From the human T2T-CHM13v2.0 reference genome, Homo sapiens, in the NCBI RefSeq assembly GCF_009914755.1, contig NC_060938.1: a DNA stretch of 64,000 nucleotides, one strand, 5' to 3'. Made by a program: the position numbers and the translations under genes. Below are positions 38,975 to 54,968 of this stretch, piece after piece. The notes under the pieces were generated by a model. The model was given only the letters and a program-made list of their open reading frames with translations, was not told the DNA's origin and searched no databases. The first letter of the stretch is position 1; each line of letters opens with the position of its first letter.

Positions 38975-41900
38975 TTAAGGATAAACTTAAGTGCAGCTTA
39001 TACTGGAAAAAAAATCTTATCAAAAAGGACTGCTATGATTGCTAAGCCATTACTTCTTAATAAATAGAATTATTCACTAATTATTCTTATATATTGTTAA
39101 CAGTATGGCTTTTTAAAGTGCAAAAATATAGTTTTTAATGTATGTTTACTCTTCATGATCCCAGTATAAATGACAACTTAACAGGGAGACATTTATTAGA
39201 TAATAATTACAATAATACTAAACTACTGAAATGAAGGAAGTTAACAGTTTACTTGAGAAAGGATTCAATTTCTATCAGGAGTCTAGGCTGAAATTTATAT
39301 CGGCCTAGGCTCATCTTATCTTGTTAATCAGCTTCCATCTGCAGATTTACTCTCAAAAGCCACGCAAGAAACATTGTAATGTTGCTTAAGATACTACGTC
39401 CAAAATTCTGTTTTTCATTTGTAAAGATTTATTGTGAAAAATTCCTACATATCTTCTTCTTTTTCTAAAATCCCTGCATTTTCTCAACAATTGTTCTCAT
39501 TTTGAATGGAAGATTACTGTTGCTGTAATCCTCGAATAACTCCATGTGGTTAAGATAAATACATAGCTGAATCTGTATGCTGGGAAAAAATACCTAGTCA
39601 ATTATAACACTGAAACAAGCAGGAATATTTGCAAAGAGTCCACAGGACTCCTAAATACTGTCTAACAAAGCATCTCCAGGGCACTGACACTGACAGAAAA
39701 ATACTGTAGTTCCTTTTCACCACATTTTCTTCTCTGATATTATTGACAAGCAACCAGTACCTTGAAGCGTTGTTGCTTTTGAACAACCCACTCCAGGCTT
39801 CCTGTTTCAGCAGGCCTGATTGTGCTGTTAGCACAGAGAGGGCGAGAAAGAGAGAGAATATTTCTGTTGTTCACGAAAGCAACTATGGAAATGGCTGTCA
39901 AAATGTAGAGCAGCAGGCAGCAACATACAATTATCAGGAAAAACTCACATGCTGACTTCATGTCATATAGTTCCTGAACTGAGAAATCAGTTAACCTTTC
40001 TTTTAAAACTTTTAAAAGTTTCCCTGTGGTACTCAGTGTGCTATGCTGACAGGCTTTACATAAGACATTTAAATAAGGATAATAAAAATTTGTCTACTTG
40101 TTCTTCTTTTTTTCCACTGAATTTTTCCCCAAAGTCCACTTTAATATTTTCCCTCAAAATTCCTTATTTTTTAAAAAAATGCAATTTAATTATTATATAG
40201 TTCTAAAACTCTAGAAATTGTAGACTAAGCCAAGACCCAAAAAAATAATTTGAGAGGAAGATAATTTTAAATAATTCAATGGGAGATACCATGGCCAGTT
40301 AGTTATATTTACAAGTTCACTGAGTAAGAAGAGAAAAAAAAAGTATAAGAGTTAAAGGCAAGACTATATTCATTATGCACTTGACTTTGATTGTGGTAAC
40401 TTTTGCTAAGTGGCTTTCATATTACAATTTATCTGCTTCTATTACAATTTATCTTATGTATCAAATATTAAAATAACCTTGAATCCCAATTCTATTACCT
40501 TCCATTCTGTACACTGGGGGTGAACTTCAAAAGAATTTTACTTTTGAGGTGGGAAGCAATAGGACAAGATGCATATTAAAATGATCAGCATCAAGGATTT
40601 TACATGAGGATAATACGGACATTTTTGAGTCTTAACATAAACAAGTAATATGGCACACTTTTAAAGGGGGTATATGGTTATAAATAGAAGAGGATGAAAC
40701 TGATGGTACAATCTAAATAATACCACATATCTCACAACTTGTTGGAAAGTACTTTTTTCATTGGGGGAGATTCACAGCTGCCGAATTTTCTGCAGTTAAT
40801 AGAGTCCTTTGATTCACAGCAGTGCCCCTTGTACAAAAAATACTGGCCTTTGTGTATTACCAGAAACTAATTTTCTATTTGGCTGAAAAGGGAAAAATGG
40901 GGTTATTGCTTCTCCCTCCTACAGAGCTTTTCATTATGCCTGATGCACTCAACTTCTAAGCTCTTCTGAGAAAAAAAATAACTGAAGAGGCAAGAGGTAG
41001 AAAAATGAGCTTGTTAGCACATTAGAAGTGAAGTATCTTGGTGGGCCCTAGAAATTCCCAGTGGTGTGTTAACTTATCACTCTATGCATGCTGGCACTGA
41101 TAGTCTTCCAATTGATCACTCTCTTTTCGCACCAAAGGTGCTGCCAGGAAGCAAAGGCTGAAGGCCCACAGGAGAACAGTCTGCTATCAAAACAAGCTGT
41201 TTTTAAAAGTCTGCTTGAATGGGTAAAATGCTTCATGAAAAGTAGGGTGGAGACACCTACCTGCTTTTAAAAATGTTCTACTTTCAGAGGGCCTATAAAT
41301 GAAATATTTTACATTATATTTAGAATTTATATAAAAATTAGGCAGAAAGAAAGCAAATGTTAATATTTCTAAAGCAGGGGAGGATATTTCCAATGTAGTA
41401 AATTCATCAAAGCAAGAAAATGATTATCTAGCTAAAATACATTTTGCAGACTAATTCTACTTCCTTATACAAAGAGGCTTATAAAATGGAAAAAACCCTA
41501 ATACACAGCTGCACAAAACTAAAATTATCCAGATATAACATACTCATTTTGTATAAAAAATATATTTAATACATTTACAATAAATTAATTAAATTTCATT
41601 AATGAAAACAATGCTTTCTAAAATTATTTTAAAAGTTCAAGTCAGGATGGCAGAGTGAAGGGAAGCAATCATTAACGGTTGAATTTAAATGAAAAAACTA
41701 CAGTGCTCATCACTTATTAGGTAAGTTTCCTTTTTGGGGGGTCAAACACTGTTAGCTTGGTAAAATAACTATATCTAAGGTAAATCACTTTCTAAAAGCT
41801 AAATGATCTTTATAAGTTTCCCAGTTTGATGTAGCCAAATAAATAAATAACAACATGAAAACAAGCCAACCCAATCTACAGGACTTACATCCCCCCCCGG

Positions 41901-44037
41901 CCCCCGCTTTTTTTACTTCTGAAAACATGTATTAAGGAAATATAATAAACTCTAAGCACTTAGACCACAGTTCTGAGTCCACAACGAGGTGCTTTTTGTG
42001 ATTGAGATGATTAAAGTTCCAAACAGTGCTGTTAGAATCTGCAATTGTAATCATCCAAAGCAGTTAATTCCTATATCTCATTATAATAGGTTAGACACTT
42101 ACTCCATAAAAGGCATCTCTCTAGGGAAGAGTTATTAGTACATATACATTGAGTGGCACACAAACTCCACAGCTGGCAACAACAGGACAACTCAAGCTAT
42201 CGTTTTATATGGTGAGTGCCTGTTGCCATTGGCATTGAAATTAAAAAACCGAAATGGATAAGATGATAAAAAGGTGAAGGTAAATAAAAAAATTCAGAAC
42301 AAAAATTTAAAGTACAAATCTAAGTTGAAGTAAGCAGATTTTGGTTGTAAATTTAAAACAACTCAAGCCAAAATTAGCTAATAAAAACCATTTGATGAGG
42401 GAGACTTTTAGCTAGTAGGAATCTTTAATACAGAACTAGCCAATCAAAAAAAAAAAAAAAATAACACACAGGTGCTGCAATCACAGCAATATAATTATCC
42501 ACTAATCCTCCTTCCGCTTTCTACAAAAGGAAAAAAGGGGGGAAGGAATATTATTATTCTAAAAATAAGGGAACAAAATGTCTATAGCGTAAAGAAACAG
42601 TTTAAATGTAATCTGTAATTCATTAATATTAAGTTAACATCATTACATATTTTAAATTATTACTCTTGATTTTAAGCTTCAAGACCAGCTATTAAGAAAC
42701 TGGGTTCAATTTCAGACTGATCCTGGAAAGATAAGCATAAATTTTCTGTGCCATAATTTATCTGTATGTTAAATGGGGATACATCTGTAAGTTAAGTGGG
42801 GATACCATCACCTGCTCACTTCATAGGGTGTTGAAGATAAAGGATACAAATACGGGGTAACACAAAAGTGCCCTGACACCTGTCCTGAAATACTTTATTT
42901 TGACCTTTGGCTCACATCTTTGTAAACAGCAGGTGCTGTCTCTAGGAGGGCAATTTTTGATGTCAGTTTAAGAAATATACCTGTATTCATGTGCAAGAAC
43001 TCTTTGATAATACTACTACTATTTCTTGTTTGCGGCACGTACAGAGAGGGAATTTTGACTTATTCTGATGCAAGGAAACTGATTTCTCATGGAGGAAAAG
43101 GACAAAAGATACTGCAGAAGGTTATGCAGTATCAAGTATTTCAACTTTATTAACACATAAAAGAATAGATAAAGGTAGATTTGGTTTTAAAGAAGCAACA
43201 CCTTTCGTTCTCCACAATAATTTTATTAATCTGGTAATTGTGAACTGCTTGTAATGTTAGAAAAGGGAAAGCTTTCAGTTTTGTAATTCCATGGCACAAC
43301 CAGTAGGCTGTATAAACATTCAGTTCAAATCTAATTTGTGACTAGTCTGAAAGAAATGGAAATGTGTGTGTGTGTGTATATATGTATGCGTATACATATG
43401 TTATACACAAGAATGAATATAAGGTATAATTTTCACAAAAAGGAATTATAAAAATTACAACTTGTAAGCAGATATCAAAAATCTGTATAATTGCTTATTT
43501 TCCTCTTAAGTTCAGGTTTCATGTTTTATTTCCTAAACAAGAAAAAACGATTGGCTCATTTTAAAATAAAGGCAAGTATAAAGTGTTTATATCTGTGCTC
43601 AATGGCATAGTCTCAGGGATTTAAGGCCCATTCTGAAATTCTTAATTTAGTAAGCACTTCCCTACACTCATATATTTCTATGGCTTCTTTGCAGTTTCAG
43701 CACTTAGGAATTTTATCTCCCTTCTCTAGACAGAAGATTCCAAAAATAGTAAGCACAGGAAGAGGGAGTGTTCCAATAGTTACTTAGAAATGTTGCCTAC
43801 TGATTTAAAAAAAATTTTTGGTGAGTACAACTTAAATCATATTTGAGTTGTAACTTAAAGTAGCTGAAATCTGAGTACTACTTAAGTTGAGCAGATTAGA
43901 GTAAATTATTCAATACTCATAAAGTTTGTAAGGTTGGTAGCCTGAAATTGGCTATGGTGAGTTTCCACATCATACATCTTGAAGATTGCTGCAAAACGCC
44001 CACCTGCCAGGTCCCCTTTAGAGAACTCTTTCCTTAG

Positions 44038-44371
<334 letters not shown>

Positions 44372-46820
44372 TAAATACACTTTCTTAAGAAATAGTTTTT
44401 ATACCCGATTCTTGGGGGCAGATTTGGTGGTTCTTCAATGTTACTTCTTCACTTTAGAGACTACTAATCCAGCCATTCTACTTATGTTATTGAAATTTTT
44501 ATGATCCATTTTGTGGTTACAGATAGTGGTGAGACCAACGCCATGGGGACAGAGACCTTGTCTTCTTATATTTATGTCTTCAACACCCAACACAGGGCCT
44601 GGTAGTATTCAATGACTGTTTACAACTTCTAGAAGGAATGAATAAAGTTGGTTTGATAGTAGATTAGGAGATGTCTGTTATGCTGACAGCCCCTTTCCTC
44701 TAATCCCCATATGGCTCTGTAAAGGCAAACCTTTTAGGGGGAAATATAGTTGGAACTTTCCTAGAACTGGATTTAGACTTTGAATCTTTCTTGTGAGAAA
44801 GATTTTGGTTCTACCATGCCCCTTGATCTTGCTGGCCCTCTCTGGAACCAAAAAAAAGTAAATAAAGCACAATGTATAAATATGTAAAGTATTACATTAA
44901 GAGAAAAGAAAACTGATAATTACTTCTTTAAATCCTCATAATCTTAAAGAAGGATTTTTTCTTTAGGCAATGTAATTATAACTCATAATTTAGCATTGAA
45001 ATAAACATTTCCCCCATTGGTTGTGATAATTGTTTAAATTTTTTTCATAAATTCTACAATGGCATGAGAAATGAATTTAGTCAAACTAATTCTATTTGCT
45101 TAAGTGGCCATTTATAGAGAAGGGAAAAAAAGGGAAGAATGAGAAAATCTTTACAGAGAAAATTAAATGAAGGGTAATTTCAAATCATTTTAGGCAGATT
45201 TCCAAAACTGCTCTGTATACCATAAGAATAGAAGTAATAATACCCTTGAAAAACAACACTTGAAAAATGTTAAATATTTAGGTTTTTAAAAAGGCCACCT
45301 TGAAAGAGGTTATCCCAAGACAAGGCATCATTTATCGAGAATATTTAGGACAGTTTGAACTAGAGGAAGGATACATCCATCAACATTACTTCCAGGAAGC
45401 TTGGTAAAATTAGTTTATTTTACTAATGTTTATAGGCAGCAATAAGGCTTGCCTGAATGGAGAGTACAGAGATTTGCTTGGATAAACAAAGCTGCTGATG
45501 GATAGAGCTGGGACTAGAATCTTGGTCTTTTAATTAATAGTCCAATGCTCTCTCTACATCCAATCTCAATGACCTAGGTGTTGTGCGGTGAAAAAGCAAA
45601 GGTATATTAGGCCTTTTAGTTATGTCAAAATAATGAATATTAGCTTAAATTCTAAGACTGGCAATTTTTGAAAGATGTTTGTTTACATATTAGTAGAGTA
45701 AAATACTATTTGCTATACTATAGTTTACTATACATTAGTGACTATACTACAGTAAAACCCCTTGCATGTTCTAAAATAAAAATTTGAAAACAAACCACAT
45801 TTGGCACTTCAGTTTTAAAAGGCCTTGAAATATCTTTAAACATTCTGAGGCAATATCATTACACAGGGTCTTGAAAAAAGAATGAAAAATAAGAATTTTA
45901 TTGAGACATAGCATATGGGTAGACATATTTTGCAAGTACATCTCAAGGATCTCATGGTTATTATCGGTAGTAAAGTAGCAAATTTTCCGAAATACACCGG
46001 GTAATTAGTATCTCATGGACTAATATATAATATACACTGTTCATTTATAAGATGAAAGCAAACTATACTGCTTACCTTATAAAGCAAGATCTGATAAATT
46101 AAGATCTGGCAGAGGGAAAGATATTCCATTTCTTTCCTACTGTAACTAATTTTTTCCAGAAACATGCAGTCTAGTTCACATGTAGTAAAAAATAAAATTC
46201 CCCTAAACAAATTGCATGAATCTTGTTATTAATATTGCTTATACTATGTTAATAAAAATTCTTCTGAAAGTCTGCAACAGGTTATGACAAATTATTGTCT
46301 ATTTTTATGATGCCTTATATTCATGAAATTCTTTAGTAGTTGATACTATCTACACCATGAAGGAAAAGCTGTGATTTGTCAGAGCAGACAAAGCTGGGCT
46401 TTAATCCATCCTTTTAACCATATTGCCAAGTCTATATTGTTTTCACTGCGTCTCAATTAGGAGACAGGCAGGACACCTGGTACTTCTTTATCTAAGTCCC
46501 ATGGGCTGCCAGATGACTCAAAATCCATAACAGGTGCTAAGGCAGTGTGAGGATAGCCCTATTATTGAAAGCTGGAGTTGAATAAAATTTGGACCACATA
46601 TAATTGCTCATAAATCAGTCAATTACTAAATGAAAACATTAAGTAAAAAGTTGATAAGCCCAATTCCACCAAAGTTTGTGTAAATACATTTAAAAAGATT
46701 AACCTTAAATAAATAGGCTTAAAAATTTAAACCTACCTAAAGGCTCTGAAAATCCTTCCTGATTTAATAATCCAGTAATCATTGGTGGGTTTCAAAAAGC
46801 ACTAATATGATTATCCAATA

Positions 46821-46824
<4 letters not shown>

Positions 46825-46869
<45 letters not shown>
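46825..46869. repeat. (TG)n microsatellite
   Basis: About 22 perfect TG units. Confidence 0.95.
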
Positions 46870-46877
<8 letters not shown>

Positions 46878-46940
46878 TCTATTTTCATGAAAGTTGTACG
46901 AAGCAAAACAAAAACTAGGGTATCTGGATTTCAAATTTAG

Positions 46941-46989
46941 TGAAATTATAATGTCCTCTCATTTAATGAAATTATAATGTCCTCTCATT
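46941..46989. repeat. 23-bp direct duplication with 3-bp spacer
   Basis: TGAAATTATAATGTCCTCTCATT at 46941-46963 and 46967-46989. Confidence 0.9.
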
Positions 46990-49900
46990 CTTGGAAAGAT
47001 CTACTTGGACCCTGTCAGAAGACTGCAAAAAGAAAAAAAAAAAAAACCCAAATAAGTGAAATTTTACAGTGTACAATTACTTAAGTGTTATCTCTACTTA
47101 AATGTGCACTAATTTAATTAAGATTTTATTTAAGTGCTATAATTATTGGGAATACAAAAAAAGTGATTTTATTATCATAGTAAGTAGAAACAAAGTACAG
47201 TAAACTGTCATTTAAGACAGTGTCATAGAATCTATGATAAGCAGTACATTGGCTTAAACTAATGCACTATATGCCCCCAGGGAATGATAGGCATAGACAC
47301 TGGACTTTAACATCAAAATCTATCCATTAATCTTGACTTAAATACAATCTATTCTGCAGTAAAAGGAAGAATGGGCATTCAATGAATTACTGTTTTTGAA
47401 ATACTGCACTGGTGCCCATTTACTAAAATTACTTAAGAGAACACAGGATATGGAATAGTAGTAAATTTTACAGATTTACTGATTTTACAAAACATGCATT
47501 TGAATTTCCCCAAATCTAGCAAGAGCATCCCATTAAAAAAATTTACAGATTTAAAAGGTTTCTTAAAATATCTCTTCCTTATCCTATTTAAGAACATGCT
47601 GCATAAATTATAATACTGCAATATAATTTAGTCAACTTCATTTCAGCTGAAAAGAAAGAATCATCTATGGGGTCAGAATCCCTGGAGTCTGAAAATAAGC
47701 ATTAATTTTTTTTTCAGGTTGTAGATCATTGTTTCTTTGCAACAAAACTACACAACTGCTTGCTGATAAAGCTGACCAAGAAAACAGAAAGGCCAAGGAG
47801 TGTTTATATAAATATCAGCGCATACAATATTTCATAAAAAAGGAAACAACCCTCACATTAAAAAAAATCCAACCAGAGGGAATTCAATGAGTGAGATAAT
47901 CATACACGACTGAAATAGTTATGAGCTACTCACTTAAATGATAAATCTGGCATTTAACCTTAAGATGTGCTGACTAATTTATCTTTAGTGGATTATTTTA
48001 GCACTTGTGTTATGCAGAAAGTTAATTTACATTTCTATACTAATATCGTTTATATGTATTCAGATGGTATTTGGGAATCCTAAAAAGCAAAGTGTAAATT
48101 AAACCAAATTTATAACCTTATCTGACATGTGAATTGTGACGATTTTATCCACTTCACCTCAATTAAATTATGAAGATAAAAAATTCCTTATTTTCATCTA
48201 ATAAAAAAATAAGGCAAAACTGACTTTTGCTCTGCAATAATCTGATGGGCTAAAAATAGATAATGGCATGTTAATAAGGAATTACTACAGGTGGTTGCTT
48301 ATATTCATTTGCCTTCTTTTTTGATAGTAGTTACATGCTAAATAAGTCAACATTCTTAGCAAGAGAGTAAGTAAATGTAGAAACATCAGTTCTGCAACAG
48401 CTATTTTTGCTTCTTCTCTTTTCTGAACAGCAATTAGTAAAGCAACCCCTTCCCCTCCTCCCTAGTGCTGTCAAGCTGTTCAGAGCAGTTTGCAACTCGA
48501 CAATGGTACCATTGTGAATGCTCTCTGGGCTTCCTTCCCACAGAGAGTTAAATGGGCAGTTCCTGCTGCCCATGATTGGTGTCCAGTGAAATAATACTCA
48601 AGAGCCAGGTTTTATCAGCTTCACGCCAAAGAAGTGAAGCCAGGGAACCCAAGCCTTCATATCATACTGGACCATATGCCAACCCTGATGGCCCCAAAGG
48701 TTTATCACTAAGAATCAGGATCCATCATGTCCCTTGTGAAATTTCACTTCACATACCTTATGTGAAATGCAAAGCTTCACTAAAAACTGAACCTTCTTTA
48801 CAATTGGCATGAACAGATGGGCGGTAACAGTGGTTTGGCAAGCAAAAGTTAAGATTTAAATAGGCTCTATTCTAGTGTTTGAGAGGAATAGCAGTTAGAA
48901 GAAAATGGATAGATTTGTGACCCATACTTTAATTTTAATTCCATTATTATTAAAAATTTAATATCAAAAGGCCTATGTTTAGTCAATGAAAAGAATGAAT
49001 GAAAACCACTTCAATTCCTATGTCAAATATGTTTAAAGACTAATTTCTGCTTTACATCCTTTCTTCTTTGCTCTTTGAAATCCCGAAATAGCATCTGAAT
49101 CTACAGTTGTTTTCATATTTAAAGAGTAGAATAAAAGTTGTACATTATGTAGTAGGTGTGGTGAACAATAATGTGAGTGGAGCAGTGCACAGTCATCACA
49201 AACTGCAACATCATAGGGTTTTAATACAGGAAAAAAAAAAATCCCTATTCCAGCACAGGTGAGAAGTTGATAAAGATAGAAGCAAACTTCAAGTTTCGTT
49301 GTTTTTAGGGAATACTGTACTTTGTCCGTGCCCTGATGGAGTTCTCTTTCTTCTCGTGCACTGTGATATGACCCAACTGTCCAGATTGGCATATGTGGAC
49401 CATACTGTTACACTAAATTTGACAAAACAGATAAGATGGTGGTAATGCTTTCTTTTGGTATTTTTGTCGTTGTTGCCATGAAGTCAATGTATTATAAGAC
49501 TAGGACAAAAGTACTTTATTCATCAATAACGTGTAAAAGTGTAATAATGTGTAAAAACTCAATAATTGTATAAAAGTATCTCATAGGAAAAGTGTAAAGG
49601 ATTGTTGTGCAAGAATGAAGAGTATCATGAGTCTATCATAAGAAATATGAAAATCTCAGATGCTCTTTTAAAAATGATACATATGTATAAATACTATCAA
49701 ACATTTAGAGATCTTAGTCTCATTGAGAAAATGCAATACTGGCTATTAGCCTGGCAATTATTGCTCAACTAATTATCATAAAAAAGACTTTATGAAAATA
49801 ACGATCAATAAACATTTTGGAAAGGCTTCGCTAGAAAATGAAAAATAAGAAATTCAAGCTGTAATTGTTTCGCTAGTCAACGGGTAAAAAACACACAATA

Positions 49901-50680
49901 GCAGAAGGAACTGTTACCTTAGACACTGGCTGCCATAAAACAATCAGTAGCATTAGAAAACCACATTTATGTTTATTTTCTTTCTGCTTGACTGTATTAT
50001 CTGGTTTTGACCTACTTCTTGATCTTTATCTGCCACTGCTCTTCCCTTTATATCATCCAGCAGTACTGAACACCTTTTATCTCTTGACCATATCACATTT
50101 TTATGCCTCCATGTCCACTTCTTACCCTTAAAAAATTCTTCCCTGACCATATCTGTCTAGAAAAGTTCCATGTGTCTCTGAAATATTAGCAGAATTCTTC
50201 CATAGTAAAGCCATTCCTCTAATTTCCATCCCATCCTCTCACCCTATCCTCTCCCACTTAAAATTAATCACCTTTACCATCCTACTTGGTCTATATCACT
50301 ATTGCTGAATGACCCCAAATTGCTTAAGTTTATCATTAGTGCATTAAGTTCTTGGTAGAAGATAAAAATTGAAAATATCTCTAGAATTAAAACAATGTTA
50401 ACAGAAATGGAAGTTGGCCATATACTGAAGTCATTTTTGTGAGCTCCCACAGTTTAACTGTAAGTAATTATTGGTCAATATTAGTAAAACCTTAAAGACT
50501 GTCTCTAGAGACCATTAAGAGACAATGCTATTTTCAGACAGAATAAACTTTCTTTACTATTATCACAAAGTTATTACATATCAGAGATTCACATTTATTG
50601 CTTTTTGAAAGGACAAGGATTTGCTAGACCAAAACTACCATCTTTAAAGGTATGCAGTACTTTTAAAATACGGTAACATC

Positions 50681-51227
<547 letters not shown>

Positions 51228-51239
51228 TTAATATAGGAG

Positions 51240-51561
51240 TTTTTTTTTTTTTTTTTTTTTTTTTTGAGACAGAGTCTTACACTGTTGCCCAGGCTGGAGT
51301 GCAGTGGTGCAATCTGGGCTCACTGCAACCTCTGGGTTCAAGCAATTCTCATCCCTCAAGCCTCCTGAGTAGCTGGGATTACAGGCGTGTGCCATCATGC
51401 CTGGCTAATTTTTTGTATTTTTAGTAGAGACAGGGTTTCACTATATAGCCCAGGCTCGTCTTGAACTCCTGGCCTCAAGTGATCTGCCCACCTTGACCTC
51501 CCAAAGTGCTGGTATTACAGGTGTGTACCTGTAATACCTAGTTACAGCCACCGCGGCTGGC
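51240..51561 (-). mobile_element. AluS/J SINE with a 20-bp palindromic insertion
   Basis: Dimeric Alu; extra sequence at 51526-51545. Confidence 0.88.
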
Positions 51562-51796
51562 TGAATACAGGAGATTTAAATCCTTCAATTATGGAGCAGA
51601 TTGTTAGGTAAAGAAGAATGTTTGTCTGCTCTTGGAGAGATCCTACTACAATGGTTAGTACCAGTAGCACAATGGCTGTGAGCTTTTCAAAGACCACAAA
51701 ACCTGGATCACTTAGCTGGTAAGACATTTTATTTGAAGAATTATCTTCTCTTCTTTTGAAGAGAATGACCATAACTATACATCTTAGTTAAAAATC

Positions 51797-51844
51797 AATT
51801 TGACTTAACAACTAATTAATTTGATTTAACAACTAATCAATTTG
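51797..51844. repeat. 21-bp tandem repeat (~2.3 copies)
   Basis: AATTTGACTTAACAACTAATT / AATTTGATTTAACAACTAATC / AATTTG. Confidence 0.8.
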
Positions 51845-52472
51845 TCCATGATATTTAAGACCTTCATAGAAAGCATGAAGAACAAATGGCACAAAATTTT
51901 GAGAGCTCCTAATGGACTCAGTAACATAGGTGGTACAAATGTTAAAGCAGCAAAATTGGAAACCTCATCAGCGTCTAGACTCCCATTGCTTCCCCCTACT
52001 GCTCTCCTGTTGCTACCACTTTCCTTGCCTTACAGCAGGAAGTGTGAGCCTTCAGGGCTCAGCCTCATGCTGCCTCCTCCTTGGAGGGGACACCAAGATG
52101 TGTCCTCCCCAAGTCATCTGCCACTGCCATCAAGTCAGAGATGTCTTAGCTCATTTTTCTCCCTAAGAGATCTCCCAACCCCAAATGAAGTGAAAACCCT
52201 CATTAATGAATGACGTCTGAAAATTATCTTCAGTAAACTATAATGGGCTCTAATAAAAATATACTACTGATTAAGTAGTCAAAATAAAAAACCCTTGTAT
52301 GTGTGCTAGCCTGGCTTATTGATGTATCAGAGGCAATTTTCACTGATCCTAGGTTTCCTCTTCTTACCTACCCAGTAAACTCTTAAGAGTTGTAGCCTAG
52401 TCTAATACAAATCACAAACTATAAGTTACTACAAAAAATATTTGGGGCTTTTCCATTCTTAAAAGAATCCAT

Positions 52473-52852
<380 letters not shown>

Positions 52853-53356
52853 TTACTAGCCATCTACCATAGGCTAGGCACTGTGCTGGAAGTTAGTGAA
52901 ACAAGGAGGGTAAGTAAGACTTGCTAATATATACACACACAGTAAGTACTATAACAAAATGTTTTGAGGCAGTGTAAATAATAGTTTTACATAGTAAAGG
53001 AGGTTTTTTTTCTTTTAAAACAAAGGATATTTGGGTCATGAATAATAAATATGTTAGGTAGAAAAAGTAGAGATGGGCATTACTGGGGTAACAACATGGG
53101 CCTGAAAAAGAAGAGCATTCAGGAATAATGAATATGACTTAGCTGGACACATAAGGTGCCCTGGGCGTCAGTGTGGTAGGAGATGAGGGTAAAGATGGGG
53201 GATGGAGCTGGGGAGGAGTACAGGTATATTGGACAAAACTGCAGTGAGAAACATAAGGGTAGGGAGGGTAAGGTAAAAATAATTGCTTCCAGGTCATCAA
53301 AAAATTTACACTTGTTTCAATAAGCAGTTAAGAGCCATCTTAAGTCTTTTAGTATA

Positions 53357-53760
<404 letters not shown>

Positions 53761-54968
53761 TACTTAGGTTTGCATTTTAGAAGAATATCCCAAGTGTCAA
53801 TGTAGATGATAATAACGATAGCATCATTAACTCCCATGTAGCTACCATTTTCTGAACTCTTGCTACATGACAGATAGGTTACCTAGTGCTTCATGTGGAT
53901 AATTTTACTTAATCCTTACATCATCCTGAATTTGGTACTATTATCCTCTTTTTACACATTAAATTAAGGATAACCCATACTTATTGATGTTATCTTCTGA
54001 GAAAATAATCTACAAAAGACAGTAGATACATAAAATTACATAGTTTCTCAATAAACTCATTTTCTTCTAACGTGAAATGGCAACAATACTGACAGACCCC
54101 CCCAAAAGGTTTTATAATGTTTTATTATAACGAAAGGCAACTGCATTAGCAGAACCAATCAATTCATCAATTCCATTCCACTTAGTTTTGGCTTTCCTAC
54201 TTTGCAACAGGTACTGGACATTTGAGTAGCAGAGCTTGAGGGAGAATAAACTGTAACTAATTGAAGAATAATCACTGACTTCTGGTAATCTCCCTGATCA
54301 AGTTAAATAGAAACCCAATTCTGGTATTTAAGAAAAAGTCAAATCTAAACAGATTAGAAGAAATCAAACGATACTAGTTGTGGTAGGAAAGAATATTCTA
54401 AATCGAGGAATAAAGTATTCTTTTAAAATGCCATTTAATTATATAATATCCCCCATACTGTATATTTCAGAATATTATACTTCTATAATATACATATATG
54501 CATACAAAACCTTAGGACTATAAATTACAAGAATTAAAACAGACATGTTGCATTCCATCTACTCAAACCCCACCTTCTGAGGCCCAGATTTTCTAAACAC
54601 TCTTTCCTGATCTTCTTACTCCAAAGTAATTTCTTCACCCTTGGAACTCTTATAGCATTTTATCTATAACCCTACCAGGACATTTTCATTTAGTCTTCTA
54701 TTATAATTAGTAATTACATATTATTCTCTCCTTGTTAAATTATAAGCTTATGAGGACAGGATTACTATCTGATTTGTCTTTGTATCCCTCTCAAAATCTT
54801 TACTGTGTAAGTGATCAATAAATATTTTTGAAGGAAGAAAAACTACAATTCTATTTCTTGACTTGTTGATAGTTAAACTGTAATAATTCATTACCTAGTA
54901 CATTTATGATTTATGTATTTTCTCAAATTATAATTTGTAATAAGGATAAAAAGAAAAGAAAAACAGGA

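Noticed and set aside
39828-39846. CTCF-like GCACAGAGAGGGCG
   Set aside because: Only the 3' half matches the consensus; too weak without ChIP data.
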